From Octopus sinensis (Eukaryota), in assembly GCF_006345805.1 (NCBI RefSeq), contig NC_043005.1, positions 100,254,001 to 100,318,000 of the forward strand: 64,000 nt of DNA, read 5' to 3'. Positions within the stretch are counted from its first letter, which is position 1. Every line of letters starts with the position of its first letter. A program made the translations under genes and the position numbers. Of the stretch, positions 37,176 through 49,677 are shown one piece after another. Below the pieces are notes generated by a model. It ran no database searches, was not told the origin of the DNA, and saw only the letters and a list, made by a program, of their open reading frames with translations.

Positions 37176-37180
37176 GTCAT
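36925..37180 (+). mobile_element. SINE family B with alternative (att)n tail
   Basis: gttcaaattccactgaggttgactttgcctttc body then aggccttgtgcctttagtagaaagg(att)n. Confidence 0.7.
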
Positions 37181-37877
37181 CATTATTATATCTTATAGAT
37201 TAGGAAGATTCAACCCTGGAAATTGCTGACTCTGCAAGCCACAACACAAGCATCCTGTCTGAGAAATTAAGTACCACTGAACTGAAATTACTGCTGGGTA
37301 GAACGGTTTCCTTAATCCTTCTACAGCCAATCATTTAAGCGTGAGCTGCATGATAAAAGGCTCAAGGTCTACGATATTACCTGTCCAATCCATATTCTCA
37401 TGGAAAGATGTATATAAAACTTTGATGATAAATAATGACTCACCTTATTAAAGAGGATAGTGTATGAAATCTATAAACAGATGTGATAAACAGGATATAG
37501 CATATTAGTGTTCATCACACGTATGGCTTCAGGATAATAATGTGTTTCACAAAGTATCAAACACTGTCATTATTATTATGATCTCAGGTAATGGCTGCAA
37601 CATTGAACATCTGCATCGTTACAAGATCCTACTCACTTTGGATGTATTTCATAATGAATGGGATTTATTGACAGAGGCAGATCTTATTTTAAAGGTTAAA
37701 ACTATCAAGAACCTTATGATTGGTGATCTACTAACACACCTTTATTGTAGCTCTATTAATTCTGCATTTGCTACACTATGTATAAATAGAAGATAAAATA
37801 ATGGAAACAGTTACGAGTGATACAGGTGGAATTATATTTAATAAATAAAATACTAAATGACTAAAATATACTGACAC

Positions 37878-38323
37878 TGGTGACTGGCATCCGTTACTAG
37901 TGGAGGGCTAAGAGTACCATACGAGTGAGATCATTGCCAGAGTAACAGGCTGGCCTTTGTGCCGATGGCACATTAAACACACCATTCGAGCGTGATCATT
38001 ACCTGCGTTACCTTACTAGCACTTGTGCTGGTGGCATGCGAAATATATTATTCGAGCGAGGTCTTTGCCAGTGCTGCTGGACTGGCTCTTGTGCAGGTTG
38101 CACGTAAAAAGCACCATTTGGGCATGGCTGGTGCCAGTACCACCAAACTGGCCCTCGAACCGGTGGCACATAAAAGCACCCACTACACTCTCGGAGTGGT
38201 TGGCATTAGGAAGGGCATCCAACTGTAGAAACTCTGCCAGATCAGGTTGGAGTCTGGTTCGCCAGACCTCAGTCAAATCGTCCAACCCATGTCAGCATGG
38301 AAAGCGGACGTTAAATGATGATG
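37878..38323 (+). mobile_element. RTE LINE 3' UTR with tandem units
   Basis: Homologous to 24640-25170. Confidence 0.8.
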
Positions 38324-39005
38324 AATTACAACAATATATGTCAATACTTGATATTGTCTTTGTTGACAAGTATGGAGAGGCAATATCTAGACTCAATTAT
38401 TCTTTCTTTGAAGACCCAGCAGCTAATGAAACCTGCTGAAGTATTTGAGAAAAACTTGGTAAACATACTAAATCATTCACTTATTGCTGTGAGTTAAAAG
38501 AAGTACTGGCAGTTTAAATATGTATTTAGTTAAAATACAGATATTTAAAGATGTCTTGTACATCTTTTACATAGTAATTAGGTAATAGACATGTATACAA
38601 AAACATGATTAAGAACATTAAACTTTCAAGAATTTTTATAGAGGTGGTGACGGATAAATTTAATCTGTTAGTAATTTCTATTTACCCCCCCCCCACACAC
38701 ACACCAACAGTTGTCTGATTTATTATACGAGCTTTGCTTTGTGTTCATAAATGGTTTGGTAACTAGTGAAGCACTGCACTTTGCTGTTGAACTGTCAAAG
38801 AAGAATGAAATACAGAGTTTTCCTGTATTTTGACCTGATAAAAGAATTATGCATCAACTATTGTTTTCTTCCAGAATATGTTTATACCTCAATTACTTAA
38901 TATTGTCCAAATTAGATACAAATATGGAAGGGACCCATATTAGTAATACAGTGAGTTGAAAAACTTTGACAAACTGAGATTATCCAGGCAGTTAATAGAC
39001 AAAAG

Positions 39006-39255
39006 TGGAGGCATATGGCTTAGTGGTTAGGGTGTCAGCATCATGATCGTGAGGTTATGGTTTCGATTCCTGGACCGGGTGACGCGTTGTGTGCTTGAGC
39101 AAAACACTTCATTTCTCGTTGCTCCAGTCCACTCAGCTGGCAAAAATGAGTAATGCTGCGATGGACTGGCATCCCGTCCATCTGGGGAACACATACACCA
39201 TTGAAACTGGGGAAAAAGGGCTCAGGAGACTGACTAGGTTTTAAAAGGGTGCATT
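39006..39255 (+). mobile_element. tRNA-derived SINE with family D body and C2-like tail block
   Basis: gtggaggcatatggcttagtggttagg head; cttgagcaaaacacttcatttc; gctgcgatggactggcatcccgtcc. Confidence 0.75.
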
Positions 39256-40111
39256 TTTTTTATATTAATAGACAAAAACTCTCTTCAGATATATTGAAGA
39301 TTAAAAAAGAAAAACAAAACAAAACAACACAAAAGCAAATCCAAAAAGACCAAAAAAATGAAATTTCAGAAAAATCAAGACGTATAAAATATTTTATGGT
39401 TATACGTAACTGGCTACCAAATGGAAAATAGTCGAGAAAAGTTTTAAATCAGCATCATGTGACTCATAGTGATTGGTTTGTATCATCTGATGTAGACAGG
39501 AACAGAGAGAAACTAAGTTTGTTGTCGTGTTACAGTGTGGAAGAAGACCATTTCATAGTGCCATGGGCATGTGAGGAGACTAATAAGTCCTCTCTGCTCT
39601 GTTTTGGATTCTGTTTAGAGTTACTAACCTCTCAAATGGCCAGCAGCATGATGGCATGTAGAGTTCACATTTCATTTGTACATTTCATTTCAGTCATGGT
39701 TTCTACAGCAAGATGTTTTACCTAACAACAGACACTTTACAGAGTGAACTGAGGCTGAAGAAGAAACAGCACAGTGGTACTCTTTGATAGCTGGGTAGGA
39801 AGACGTCACCGTGATATGAACAGATGTTGAGGAGGTGTGTTGGTTAACACACACACACAATAGAGAGAGAGAAAAGTAGAGATAAGGTTTGAGCAGTACT
39901 CAATGCCAAGAGCAGGGTGTTACTTTTGTTCATAAGAGCGTGTGTATAAATAGATGTAAACACACACCTTGCCTTTATACATGATATCTTTGTGGACAGA
40001 AAAAGAGGGTTTAGCTGAATGAGTTTCGATCCTGTGTTGGGATTTCACCATTGACAGAGAACCCTATTTCACTAGGCATAAGGATCAAACCATTATAATC
40101 ATATATATATA

Positions 40112-40308
40112 CCATCATCATCATCGTTTAACGTCTGTTTTCCATGCTAGCATGGGTTGGACGGTTTGACCAGGGTCTGGGAAGCCAGGAGGCTGCACCA
40201 GGTTCCAGTTTGATCTGGCGGTGTTTCTACAGCTGGATACCCTTCCTAACGCCAACCACTCCATGAGTGTAGTGGGTGCTTTTCACGTGCCACTGGCACA
40301 GGTTGCAG

Positions 40309-40310
<2 letters not shown>
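40112..40310 (-). mobile_element. RTE LINE 3' tail
   Basis: Canonical tail motifs; followed by (tatg)n at 40311-40690. Confidence 0.85.
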
Positions 40311-40342
<32 letters not shown>

Positions 40343-40414
40343 TGTATGTATGTGTGTAAGTATGTATGTATGTATGTATATATATATATATATGTATGTA
40401 TATATGTATGTATG

Positions 40415-40450
<36 letters not shown>

Positions 40451-40553
40451 TGTATGTATGTATGTATGTATGTTGTATGTATGTATGTGTGTAAGTATGT
40501 ATGTATGTATGTATATATATATATATATGTATGTATATATGTATGTATGTATA

Positions 40554-40589
<36 letters not shown>

Positions 40590-40845
40590 TGTATGTATGT
40601 ATGTATGTATGTATGTATGTATGTATGTATGTATGTATGTATGTATGTATGTATGTATGTATGTATGTATATACACATATACATACATTAAATAGCTAGC
40701 TAGATAGACATACAAATAAACATACATACATGCAAGCAAACAAACAAATATCAAAACAGGAGTCTGGAGAAAACTTATTCAGTATTACATGCGTTTCATT
40801 TGCTCATAGGAATTACAAAATTGTACATATAACATTTACATAACA

Positions 40846-41006
40846 TAGGTGTAGAAGTGGCTGTATAAGAAGCTTGCTTCCCAACCACCTGGCTCCGGGT
40901 TCCGTCCCTTTGCATGGCACCTTGGGTAAGTGTCTTCTACTATAGCCTCGGGCCAACCAAAGCCTTGTGAGTGGATTTGGTAGATGGAAACTGAAAGAAG
41001 CCCATC

Positions 41007-41037
<31 letters not shown>

Positions 41038-41255
41038 AGAGAGCGTGTGTGTGTCTTCATCACCTCCACCATCACTTGACAACTGATGCTGGTGTGTTTA
41101 CATCCCCATAACATAACGGTTCGGCAAAAGAGACCGATAGAATAAGTACTAGGCTTACAAAGAACAAGTCCAGGGGTCAATTTATTTGACTATAGGTGGC
41201 GCTCCAGCATGGCCGCAGTCAAATGATTAAACCAAGTAAAAGAGTAAAAGAGTAG
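40846..41255 (+). mobile_element. SINE family A, full length
   Basis: Head, (gt)n core, (gagtaaaa)n tail. Confidence 0.9.
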
Positions 41256-41649
41256 AAACAACATGTAACAAATCTCCTATGAGGAATTCTTCAGATAGAG
41301 TATCAAATAATATTATTTACCATTATTTAATAATATTTGATCCTTTGTCTGAAGAACTTCTAATAAGAGATATCTTACATATTTTTTTTCTTGTTATTTT
41401 CTTTTTTTTGTACTGGCACAATTTTGTAACTCCAATTAGCATATGAAACATGTGTAATGGTGAATAAATAAAACAAAAATTATTTTCCAGGCAAAAAGTA
41501 TTCTCTAGTATTTTTGAACTCTTATGTGTACCTCACACAAATATAACATTTACATAAAATTGTGGAGAACTGGAATAAACAGATGTGCTTTAAGAGGACA
41601 CAGCCTTAATTATAATCCAATCTGTCTCTCTGTCTATGCATACATATGT

Positions 41650-42035
41650 ATATAATATGAGCAAAACGCCTCATCTAATGGAAGGTGCTGAGTTGCCAAA
41701 CATTTAAACCAAATTTTCTCAAAACAACTAGTCCGACTGTCCCATAGGCCTCCCCTTTGAAAAACACGATTTAACCTAAATTTGACACTGTGCATTTTTC
41801 TCAGGTACACATAGCATCAATCGCAACAGCTGATGTACTTGCATGTACAGATGCACGTTCCCACGGCTTTATCGATCGCATTCTCACCTGGAATCGATTT
41901 TTTTTCAAAACTCATACATACCCTGATACCGTTGGTATCTACATATAAAATTTGAGCACAATCGGATGGAGGATGCCCGAGATCCTAGAAAACACACACA
42001 CAGACAGATAGAACGGATTTTATATAATATATATA
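41650..42035. mobile_element. Probable Helitron/Helentron-type non-autonomous element
   Basis: Right end aaaatttgagcacaatcgg...acacagacagatagaacggattttatata resembles the Helitron ends elsewhere in the window; left boundary uncertain. Confidence 0.4.
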
Positions 42036-42089
42036 TGTGTGTGTGTGTGTATACATGCACACATATATGTGTGTGCACACTTACGCACA

Positions 42090-42365
42090 CAAATTCAAGG
42101 GCCCACAGCTCTTTAATATCCTTCCAAAATGCCTGAGAGGCCTAAATGGTGTGGATGTGTCTTTAAAACAAAACTAGATCTCTCCCTGTTACGGGTTCCA
42201 GACGAGCCCACCTCACAGCAGGAAACACAGATGAAGGCAGCAGCATCAAACTCCCTCATTCACCAAATGCCACGTATCAGAGGAGGTTCCAAATAATTGA
42301 CTGTAGCTCAGTCAACGGTGGTGCTCCAGCATGACCACAGCTTTGCACCTGAAACATTTTAAGAT
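42090..42365 (+). mobile_element. 3' end of a CR1-like LINE (probably the family at 56173-59366)
   Basis: FKGPQLFNILPKCLRGLNGVDV...RVPDEPTSQQETQMKAAASNSLIHQ reads as the natural continuation of RYCNSFGF, where the 56-kb LINE meets the gap; ends ggtggtgctccagcatgaccacag...ctgaaaca. Confidence 0.75.
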
Positions 42366-42474
42366 AGTTAAAACAGTATATGTTGAATATTCTGAGGATG
42401 TGCATGGAGTGGAAATGAATTGCAGGGAAGGTTACTTCTACTGACGAAAGAGGAAAAAGAAATATTTTTTTTCG

Positions 42475-42800
42475 ACCCTGTCCTTGAGGAGACCTGTTGA
42501 GTCAAGTACATCAACATCAAAAATCAATGGAAATTGTAGTTGTGATCCCTGTGCCGGTGGCATGTAAAAAGCACCAACCGATCATGGCCGTTGCCAGCTT
42601 TGCTTGGCACCTGTGCCAGTGGCACATAAGAAGCACCCACTACACTCACGGAGTGGCTGGCATAAGGAAGGGTATCCAGCTGTAGAAATACTGCCAATTA
42701 AGACTGGAGCCTGGAGCAGCATTCTGGCTTCCCAGACCCTGGTCGAACTGTCCAACCCATGCTAGCATGGAAAACGGACATTAAACGATGATGATGATGA
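42475..42800 (+). mobile_element. RTE LINE 3' UTR and tail
   Basis: Matches 22380-22987 with fewer tandem units. Confidence 0.85.
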
Positions 42801-43439
42801 GTACATGTGATAGCATGGACATTTGCAAAGTGCTGTTTCCTTTCAACCAAGTAGATTGGTTGAAAACTTACCATGAACATTTGATTGTTCAGAAAAACCC
42901 TAATCAGAGTTCATTTATAGATGGCAATGAATTATATTTTGGTTGCATTTTCTCACCAATATTTCCAACCGTTTCATCTTATCAATGTGTTGTGTTCAAT
43001 GAATTCATACATTTTTTTATATAGATAAGAAAGGTACTGCTTTGTTACAAGTAAAAGTGAATATGTATATTGTGTGTGCGTATGTATATACCGTTACATG
43101 TGTGTTAATGATACTACATGCATAGGTAAATAAGTATGTTGATATATGTACACATATACACCCATGCATAAATATGTATACATTTATATATGTCAATATA
43201 TATTCAATACTATACATTTCAGATAATATATATATATATAACACACACATATATTTAATGGTATAAATGGTATATATATATATACAGAAAGAGAGAGGAA
43301 GAGGGAGGAAGGGAGAGAGAGAGAAAAAGGGAGACAGAGAGAGCTATAAATATATAAAATATATTTATCTATACTCAGTATACATTTGTGCTTATATTTC
43401 AACTAAGCAACACAAATATACAGACCTATACTTACAGTA

Positions 43440-43711
43440 ATGTATGTTGTGTACATAACAGATATATACTTATATATGCATATGTATATATATATATGTA
43501 TGTATGTTTTTATATATATATATATATATGTATGTATATATATATATATATATAATATATATATATATAATATAATATATATATGTCTATATATACGTAT
43601 GTATGTATGTAGTATGTATGTATATATATATATATAATATATATATATACATATAATATAATATATATATATAATCACACACGCACACATATATATATAC
43701 ACACAACATAT

Positions 43712-43746
<35 letters not shown>

Positions 43747-43800
43747 ACATGCATACCTGTAAATATATGTATATATATATATATATATATGTCTATGGAA
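43440..43800. repeat. (ta)n-rich microsatellite
   Basis: Direct reading. Confidence 0.9.
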
Positions 43801-45177
43801 TACAAATACAGGAAAACAACAAGCAGCACCGTCCCTCTCAATACTATACACATATGTGTATATACGTGAGTGTGTGTGTTTTTTGTGTGTGTGCATAAGT
43901 GGAAATTTGAAATAAACTTTGCAAACCCATTAAGTGTTTGTTCTTGAAAGAGAATCATCTTGGTACATTTCTTTCACTTTCCAATTCATTTTTATTTTTA
44001 AATTATATTATCTAATTTATTTCTATAAAATTCCTCAAAGAAAGTATTGGATGAAAGCCAAACACTTTTCATATTTAAGTCTATATAAGTTACTTATTTT
44101 CTATAAAATTCTGTCTTTCTCCCTCGCCCCTCTCTCTTTCTCTCCTCCCCCCACTCTCTCTTACTCTCTTATTTTTCCTCCTTTGCTTGTGTTTTATCAC
44201 AGTTTTGATTTATTTTAATATTTTTACTAATTTTTTTTCTTGTATTTATATTTAATTTATTTTATCTTGAGTTTTGTTTCATTTTTTTTTTACTCTTCAG
44301 ATTTTGCTTTGATTCTTTCCCCCACCCCACCCATTCTATTGAGGCATGAAGTGATAAAATTACAGACACCAAACACAAGGAAAAGACTTAATGAAAGAGA
44401 AACTATATTCACTGAAAGAAAACAGCACCTAAGTTTGGCAAACCTAGCAACAGATCTGCTAATCTGATTTATTTCTTCTCTAAACTCACATTTCTTTCTC
44501 CACCTTTATTGTTATTATTATTATTATTACTCTTATTATTATTATTATTATTATTATATTATTATTATTATTAACTTCTCTAGCTTCTATCAAACCAATT
44601 AAGAAGAAAAACTTGTAGTTTCATAAAATCTCAAGTCTCATAAGGTCAGTATTTTATCTGTAGTTTCTTCTGTGGAATTATTTTAAAGAGGATATTGGGG
44701 GTGGGATGGAGGCCACGGTTTAAAAGAAATGAATCAAGCAAAGGTTAAACTCTCCACAAAAGAAACTGGTCTTTCCAGAAAGACAGAGAAGAAGAATTGA
44801 TGATTTCATGTAGAAGCATTGGAGACATGTTTGCTTACCTTCTGAAATTACTGGTGTTTTATTAGTGTTTAATTACAAAGCTCTGTTATATTATGGAATA
44901 ACTCTAAATTTTTAGCTGTCATTGTATGTATAGATAGGCATAAACATCTTGTCTTTATACGCAATATCTTTGTGGGCTGAAAAACTAAAATCTGTTGAAC
45001 TTGTTTTTATACTTTGCTGGGGTTTTATTAATGAGTGATTACTCTCTTTAACTATTCACTGCTAAGAAACTAATTTTTACTTAAAGATTAAGTAAACTGG
45101 ATAGACTGAAATACCTACACCTGTCTAGATTATATACTGAGCTTGCTAAAATCTAGGGATATACATTTAATAATACC

Positions 45178-45409
45178 TATTTCTTTACTACCCACAAGGG
45201 GCTAAACACAGAGAGGACAAACGAGGGCAGATAAATGGATTAAGTCAATTATATCGACCCCAGTGCATAACTGGTACTTATTTAATCGACCCCGAAAGTA
45301 TGAGAGGCAAAGTCGACATCGACGGAATTTGAACTCAGAACACAGCAGCAGGCGAAATACCGCTAAGTATTTCGGCTGGCATGCTAACGTTTTTGCCAGC
45401 TCACCACCT
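45178..45409 (-). mobile_element. SINE family B, full length
   Basis: 16-bp TSD tacatttaataatacc (45162-45177 / 45410-45425). Confidence 0.9.
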
Positions 45410-45529
45410 TACATTTAATAATACCATGCAGCATTGACACAAAATATAGTTGATGCATTCAGGCTAGTGCCACAATAGAAGTGAGATCATAAAATGAGGG
45501 TACCACATAAACACATTTGTGTTGGTGTG

Positions 45530-45742
45530 GTGCCATGTGAAAAGCACTTGTGATGGTACCATGTAAAAAGCATCCAGTATACTCTATGGAGCAGTTGGTA
45601 TTATGAAGGGCATCCAGCTGTAGAAACCATACCAAAACAGACTATGGAACCTGGTGCAGTTTCTGGCCTTACCAGTTACTGTCAAACAATCCCACCCATA
45701 CCAACATAGAAAACTAGCATTAAATGTTGATGATGATGATGT
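45530..45742 (+). mobile_element. Diverged RTE-type 3' tail
   Basis: gaagggcatccagctgtagaaacc...(gat)n. Confidence 0.7.
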
Positions 45743-45944
45743 AGCTGGCCTGAGAATAACTTTGTCCTTTGCGTCCACTGGTAGTGGAGGATCTGAGAAA
45801 TTAAAAGGTCATAACTCTACTCTTCTTTTCCCGAGTAATTGGTAAATGAAGTGCTAAGCTTTGTATACTGATGATCGATTTCTTACTGCAAAAACTGTTC
45901 AAAGCATAGAAAAATGGTTGTTAGTCCTAAGATCTAACTGGTCA

Positions 45945-46290
45945 ACATGCTGAGACCCTCTTTGGTCATGACTGGCCGCAGGATTGCACCTAGAAAGTTA
46001 CCCTCCCAGGCACAAGTCTGGGCAAGGTTGTTTACGGAAGCCCAGCAGTCACCCATGAATACCGGCATCTCTTCTCCAAACCACCAGTGTTATCCAAGGG
46101 AAAGGCAAAGGGGCCGATACAGCTTGGAACCAGTGATGTCGCAACTCATTTCTACAGCTGAGTGAACTGGAGCAATATGAAATAAAGTGTCTTGCTCAAG
46201 AACACAATACGCAGCCTGGTCCAGGATTCGAGTTCACAACCTCACGATTGTAAGCTCGATGCTATAACAACTGAGCCATGCGCCTTCACA
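45945..46290 (-). mobile_element. SINE family D, tail type D1
   Basis: Reverse complement of the 13182-13497 family. Confidence 0.85.
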
Positions 46291-46479
46291 ACTGGTCAAC
46301 ATAATAAATTGATAACCAGTAACAAGTTAGTAATATGGATCATGAAAACTCAGTGTTATGTGGGAAGTGCTCTTGATGTAGAGGAAGAAGTTAAGGATAA
46401 ACTCTACACATTGTACTAAATGAGTGCACAAACACAACAGTTATGCGTCTGAGAAGTTCAGAGAGAACCAATACTTCAG

Positions 46480-46776
46480 TGGAGGCACATGGCCTAGTGG
46501 TTAGAGCAGCGGACTCACAGTCGAGGGATTGCAGGTTCGAATCTCAAACCGGGCGATGTGTGTGTTTATGAGCGAAACACCTAAGCTCCACACAGCTGCA
46601 GCAGAAGGTAATGGCGAACTTCTGCTGACTCTTTCGCCAGAACTTTCTCTCACTCTTACCTCTTGCATTTCACCTGCGACGGACCAGCGTCCCATCCAGG
46701 TGGGGAACCTATATGCCAAGGAAGCCGGGAAACCGGCCCTTATGAGCCAGAGATGGCTCGAGAAGGAACAAACAAA
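46480..46776 (+). mobile_element. SINE family C, tail type C2
   Basis: 11-bp TSD caatacttcag (46469-46479 / 46777-46787); homologous to 12386-12690. Confidence 0.9.
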
Positions 46777-46949
46777 CAATACTTCAGCTGTGATAAATGT
46801 ATAGAATGGACCAAAATTCATGCATCAAAACACTTGCCATTTTATTTATGCTATTATTGATTTGACTGAGGTTTGGTCTTATTCCTGGCAGGATTTATGT
46901 GGCTAGGAATAAATCCTAGTTACTACCTGTAACCTTAGATAACCACAAG

Positions 46950-47130
46950 CTTTCAACAGTGTTTCAAGTGCTTGGAACCCTTCTGATAATCTTTCCTGTC
47001 TCTAAGAGGCAAATTTTCTGTAGAAGCTCTACAGGACATTCTATTCTAATCTCTTTCAACCATTTGTCTATATCTTTGCTTACAGTTCCCAATGCATCAA
47101 TTATCATGGGCACAACCTTTACAGATTTCA
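46950..47130 (-). mobile_element. C-terminus of an RLE-type (R4/Hero-like) non-LTR retrotransposon
   Basis: VKVVPMIIDALGTVSKDIDKWLKEIRIECPVELLQKICLLETGKIIRRV fits the VPxIxGALG...LQKxxLLGTxxILRxxL C-terminal pattern. Confidence 0.75.
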
Positions 47131-47385
47131 GACCTTGGTCTTGGGACCACTCATGTCTAGAAACTGAAGTTGGGGGTAAGCAAGGGCATGCTCCCCATAG
47201 AAAATCCAGCTCCAAACAAGACTCATGATAGGAAAGGAGAATGGGCACCAGCCAGTCCAAAGGTTGGGGTGGGCTGCACCTGCCTACCTCAGTGGCTATG
47301 ACATTGCGGTAGATCCTTCCACCCCAGTTAACGGGGACAAAACCTGGATTTAAAACACTGGATGATGATGATGATGATGATGATA
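47130..47385 (+). mobile_element. RTE-like 3' UTR of a second family
   Basis: aagcaagggcatgctcccc...aaaatcc motif and (gat)n terminus. Confidence 0.5.
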
Positions 47386-47900
47386 TTCCAAATTTTTGCA
47401 ATTTCAAATTGTAAGGTGCTGTATTCTTTTTGTTTTTCATCTTCTTCCTTTATGATCCTAGAATCAAACGGACATGATGGCTCAATTAGTAAGCAACTTC
47501 AAACTGTGAACACTATTCACCTCATCATCTTTGTACTACACACACTTTCAGTTGGGTCTTAGTAAATTTCTCCTCTTTCAAGATCAGTAGATTCTGTACT
47601 AGGTGCACTGATTAGAATGTTTTAAACAACAGGTTGTGAACCCAACAATCTTAGATCAATGCTAAAGAAAATTCCACACCAACACAGTTGGACATCAGAG
47701 AGACAAGACAGAAAATATCAAGAAGGAATTAAAAAAGAAAAAAAAAGGAATTTAGTTTATTGATCTTAATTACATAATTAGTTTGTTTACTAAGTCAACT
47801 ATACTAAATTAAACACTTCTACATCAAGAAGCCCAATCATCATCATCAGTATACTACTACTACTACTACTGCAATCTACTACTACTACCACCACCACCAC

Positions 47901-48176
47901 CACCTATATGTATATACCCATCCACCCTCACTTGAAACACACAAATGATCACCCACACATTCACCAAAAAATATCTGCATACATGCTTGCACATATGTAC
48001 ACACGCGCACATAAAAGGGTCATGCACACATCTATATATGTGTATGAACCATTTTTTGTGTGTGTGTGTGTGCGAGCGTGTATGCAGGTATGTATATATT
48101 TTTTGGCGAATGTGTGGGTGATCATGTGTGCGTTTGATGTAAGGGGGGGGGGTGGATGAGTATATACATATAGGTG
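47901..48176. repeat. 276-bp imperfect palindrome
   Basis: cacctatatgtatatac...atgatcacccacacattcaccaaaaaatat mirrored by atatttttggcgaatgtgtgggtgatcat...gtatatacatataggtg. Confidence 0.85.
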
Positions 48177-48452
48177 CATGTACGTGGGTGTGCGAACGCG
48201 CATGCGTATGTATGGACATGTGCGCTTACATGATTGCTATGAACATTTTTACACACACACATACACACATACACATATACACACATACACATATACACAC
48301 ATACACATATACACACATACACATATACACACATACACATATACACACATACACATACAGGCATGCAAGTTGCTGTGGTCATGTGGCCAAGTGTCACGAG
48401 AGTCCAGGGAGATATATATTTATATGATATATTGTACGAATGCAAAAGAGAG

Positions 48453-48485
<33 letters not shown>

Positions 48486-48919
48486 GGGAAATGGTGGGGG
48501 AAGCGAGACATTCATTTTGGTTTTGTTTTGGGATCATCTGAGCTTAGAACTACAAACATATTTAATATTATTCCATTCTATGGAAGCTTTGACTTGAAAT
48601 TAGATGAAGGAAACCAAAATTTATACGGGATACTTGGGAATTCATTTGCTGCAGATTGAAATAAATATAAAAAAAACATCATCATCATCATCAGCAGCAG
48701 CAGCATAGTACAACAACATTAATATAAACGAAGATTGCTAATGAAATATTTCACAGAAGTAAATAAAGGCTGGTAAAACAGAATGGAATTAGTTTTGATA
48801 TTATCTGCGGCTTTGTTTCTAATCTGTAGAAGTTGTTTTTGTGGAGAAGAAAAACTGAAAGATTTTTGAATTCAGATTAATTACAGTGTAAAAGTAATCC
48901 ACCAGTAACACAACCTATC

Positions 48920-49485
48920 CCCAACAGGGTAACAACAACAACAACACCACAACAATGACAACGACGACGACCACCACCACCACCATCACCACAACAACCA
49001 CCAACACCACAACCACCACCACCACCACCACCACCACCACCACCACCACCACCACCACCACCACCACACCACCACCACACACCACCACCACCACACCACC
49101 ACCACCACCACCACCACCACCACCACCACACCACCACCACCTCAACCACCAACACCACCACCACCAACACCACAATCACCACCTTCACAACCACCAACAC
49201 CAAACCACCACTACCACCAACACCACAATCACCACCTTCACAACCACCAACACCACCACCACCACCACCACCACACACCACCACCACCACCACCACAACC
49301 ACCAACACCACCACCACCACACCACCACCACCACCACCACCACCACCACCACCAACACGACCACCACCAACACAACCACCACCACCAACACCACCACCTC
49401 AACCACCACCTTCACAACCACCAACACCACAATCACCACCTTCACGACCACTGCCACCACCACCACCACCACCACTGTTACTACT
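48920..49485. repeat. (acc)n/(aac)n trinucleotide tract
   Basis: Direct reading. Confidence 0.9.
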
Positions 49486-49677
49486 ATGTCTGGAAGCACC
49501 AAAGTTAAAGCAGACCAACAACAAAGCAAACTCCACAGCAATGCAGATGCGATATGCAAAAACATTTCTACATCCTGTTTCCAGTAAAGATAGGGGAGCA
49601 CTTTCATCATGTAGAAACTCATGCAAAACTCTTGAAAAATACGAATGGTAAAGACGATAATAATTCTTTTGACTCTA

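Noticed and set aside
38315-38497. Protein-like frame SILDIVFVDKYGEAISRLNYSFFEDPAANETC
   Set aside because: Short, interrupted by stops, unrecognised; the listed ORF is partly RTE tail read-through
39800-39960. Promoter-like words (gacgtca, tataaata)
   Set aside because: Expected by chance in AT-rich DNA; no associated gene start
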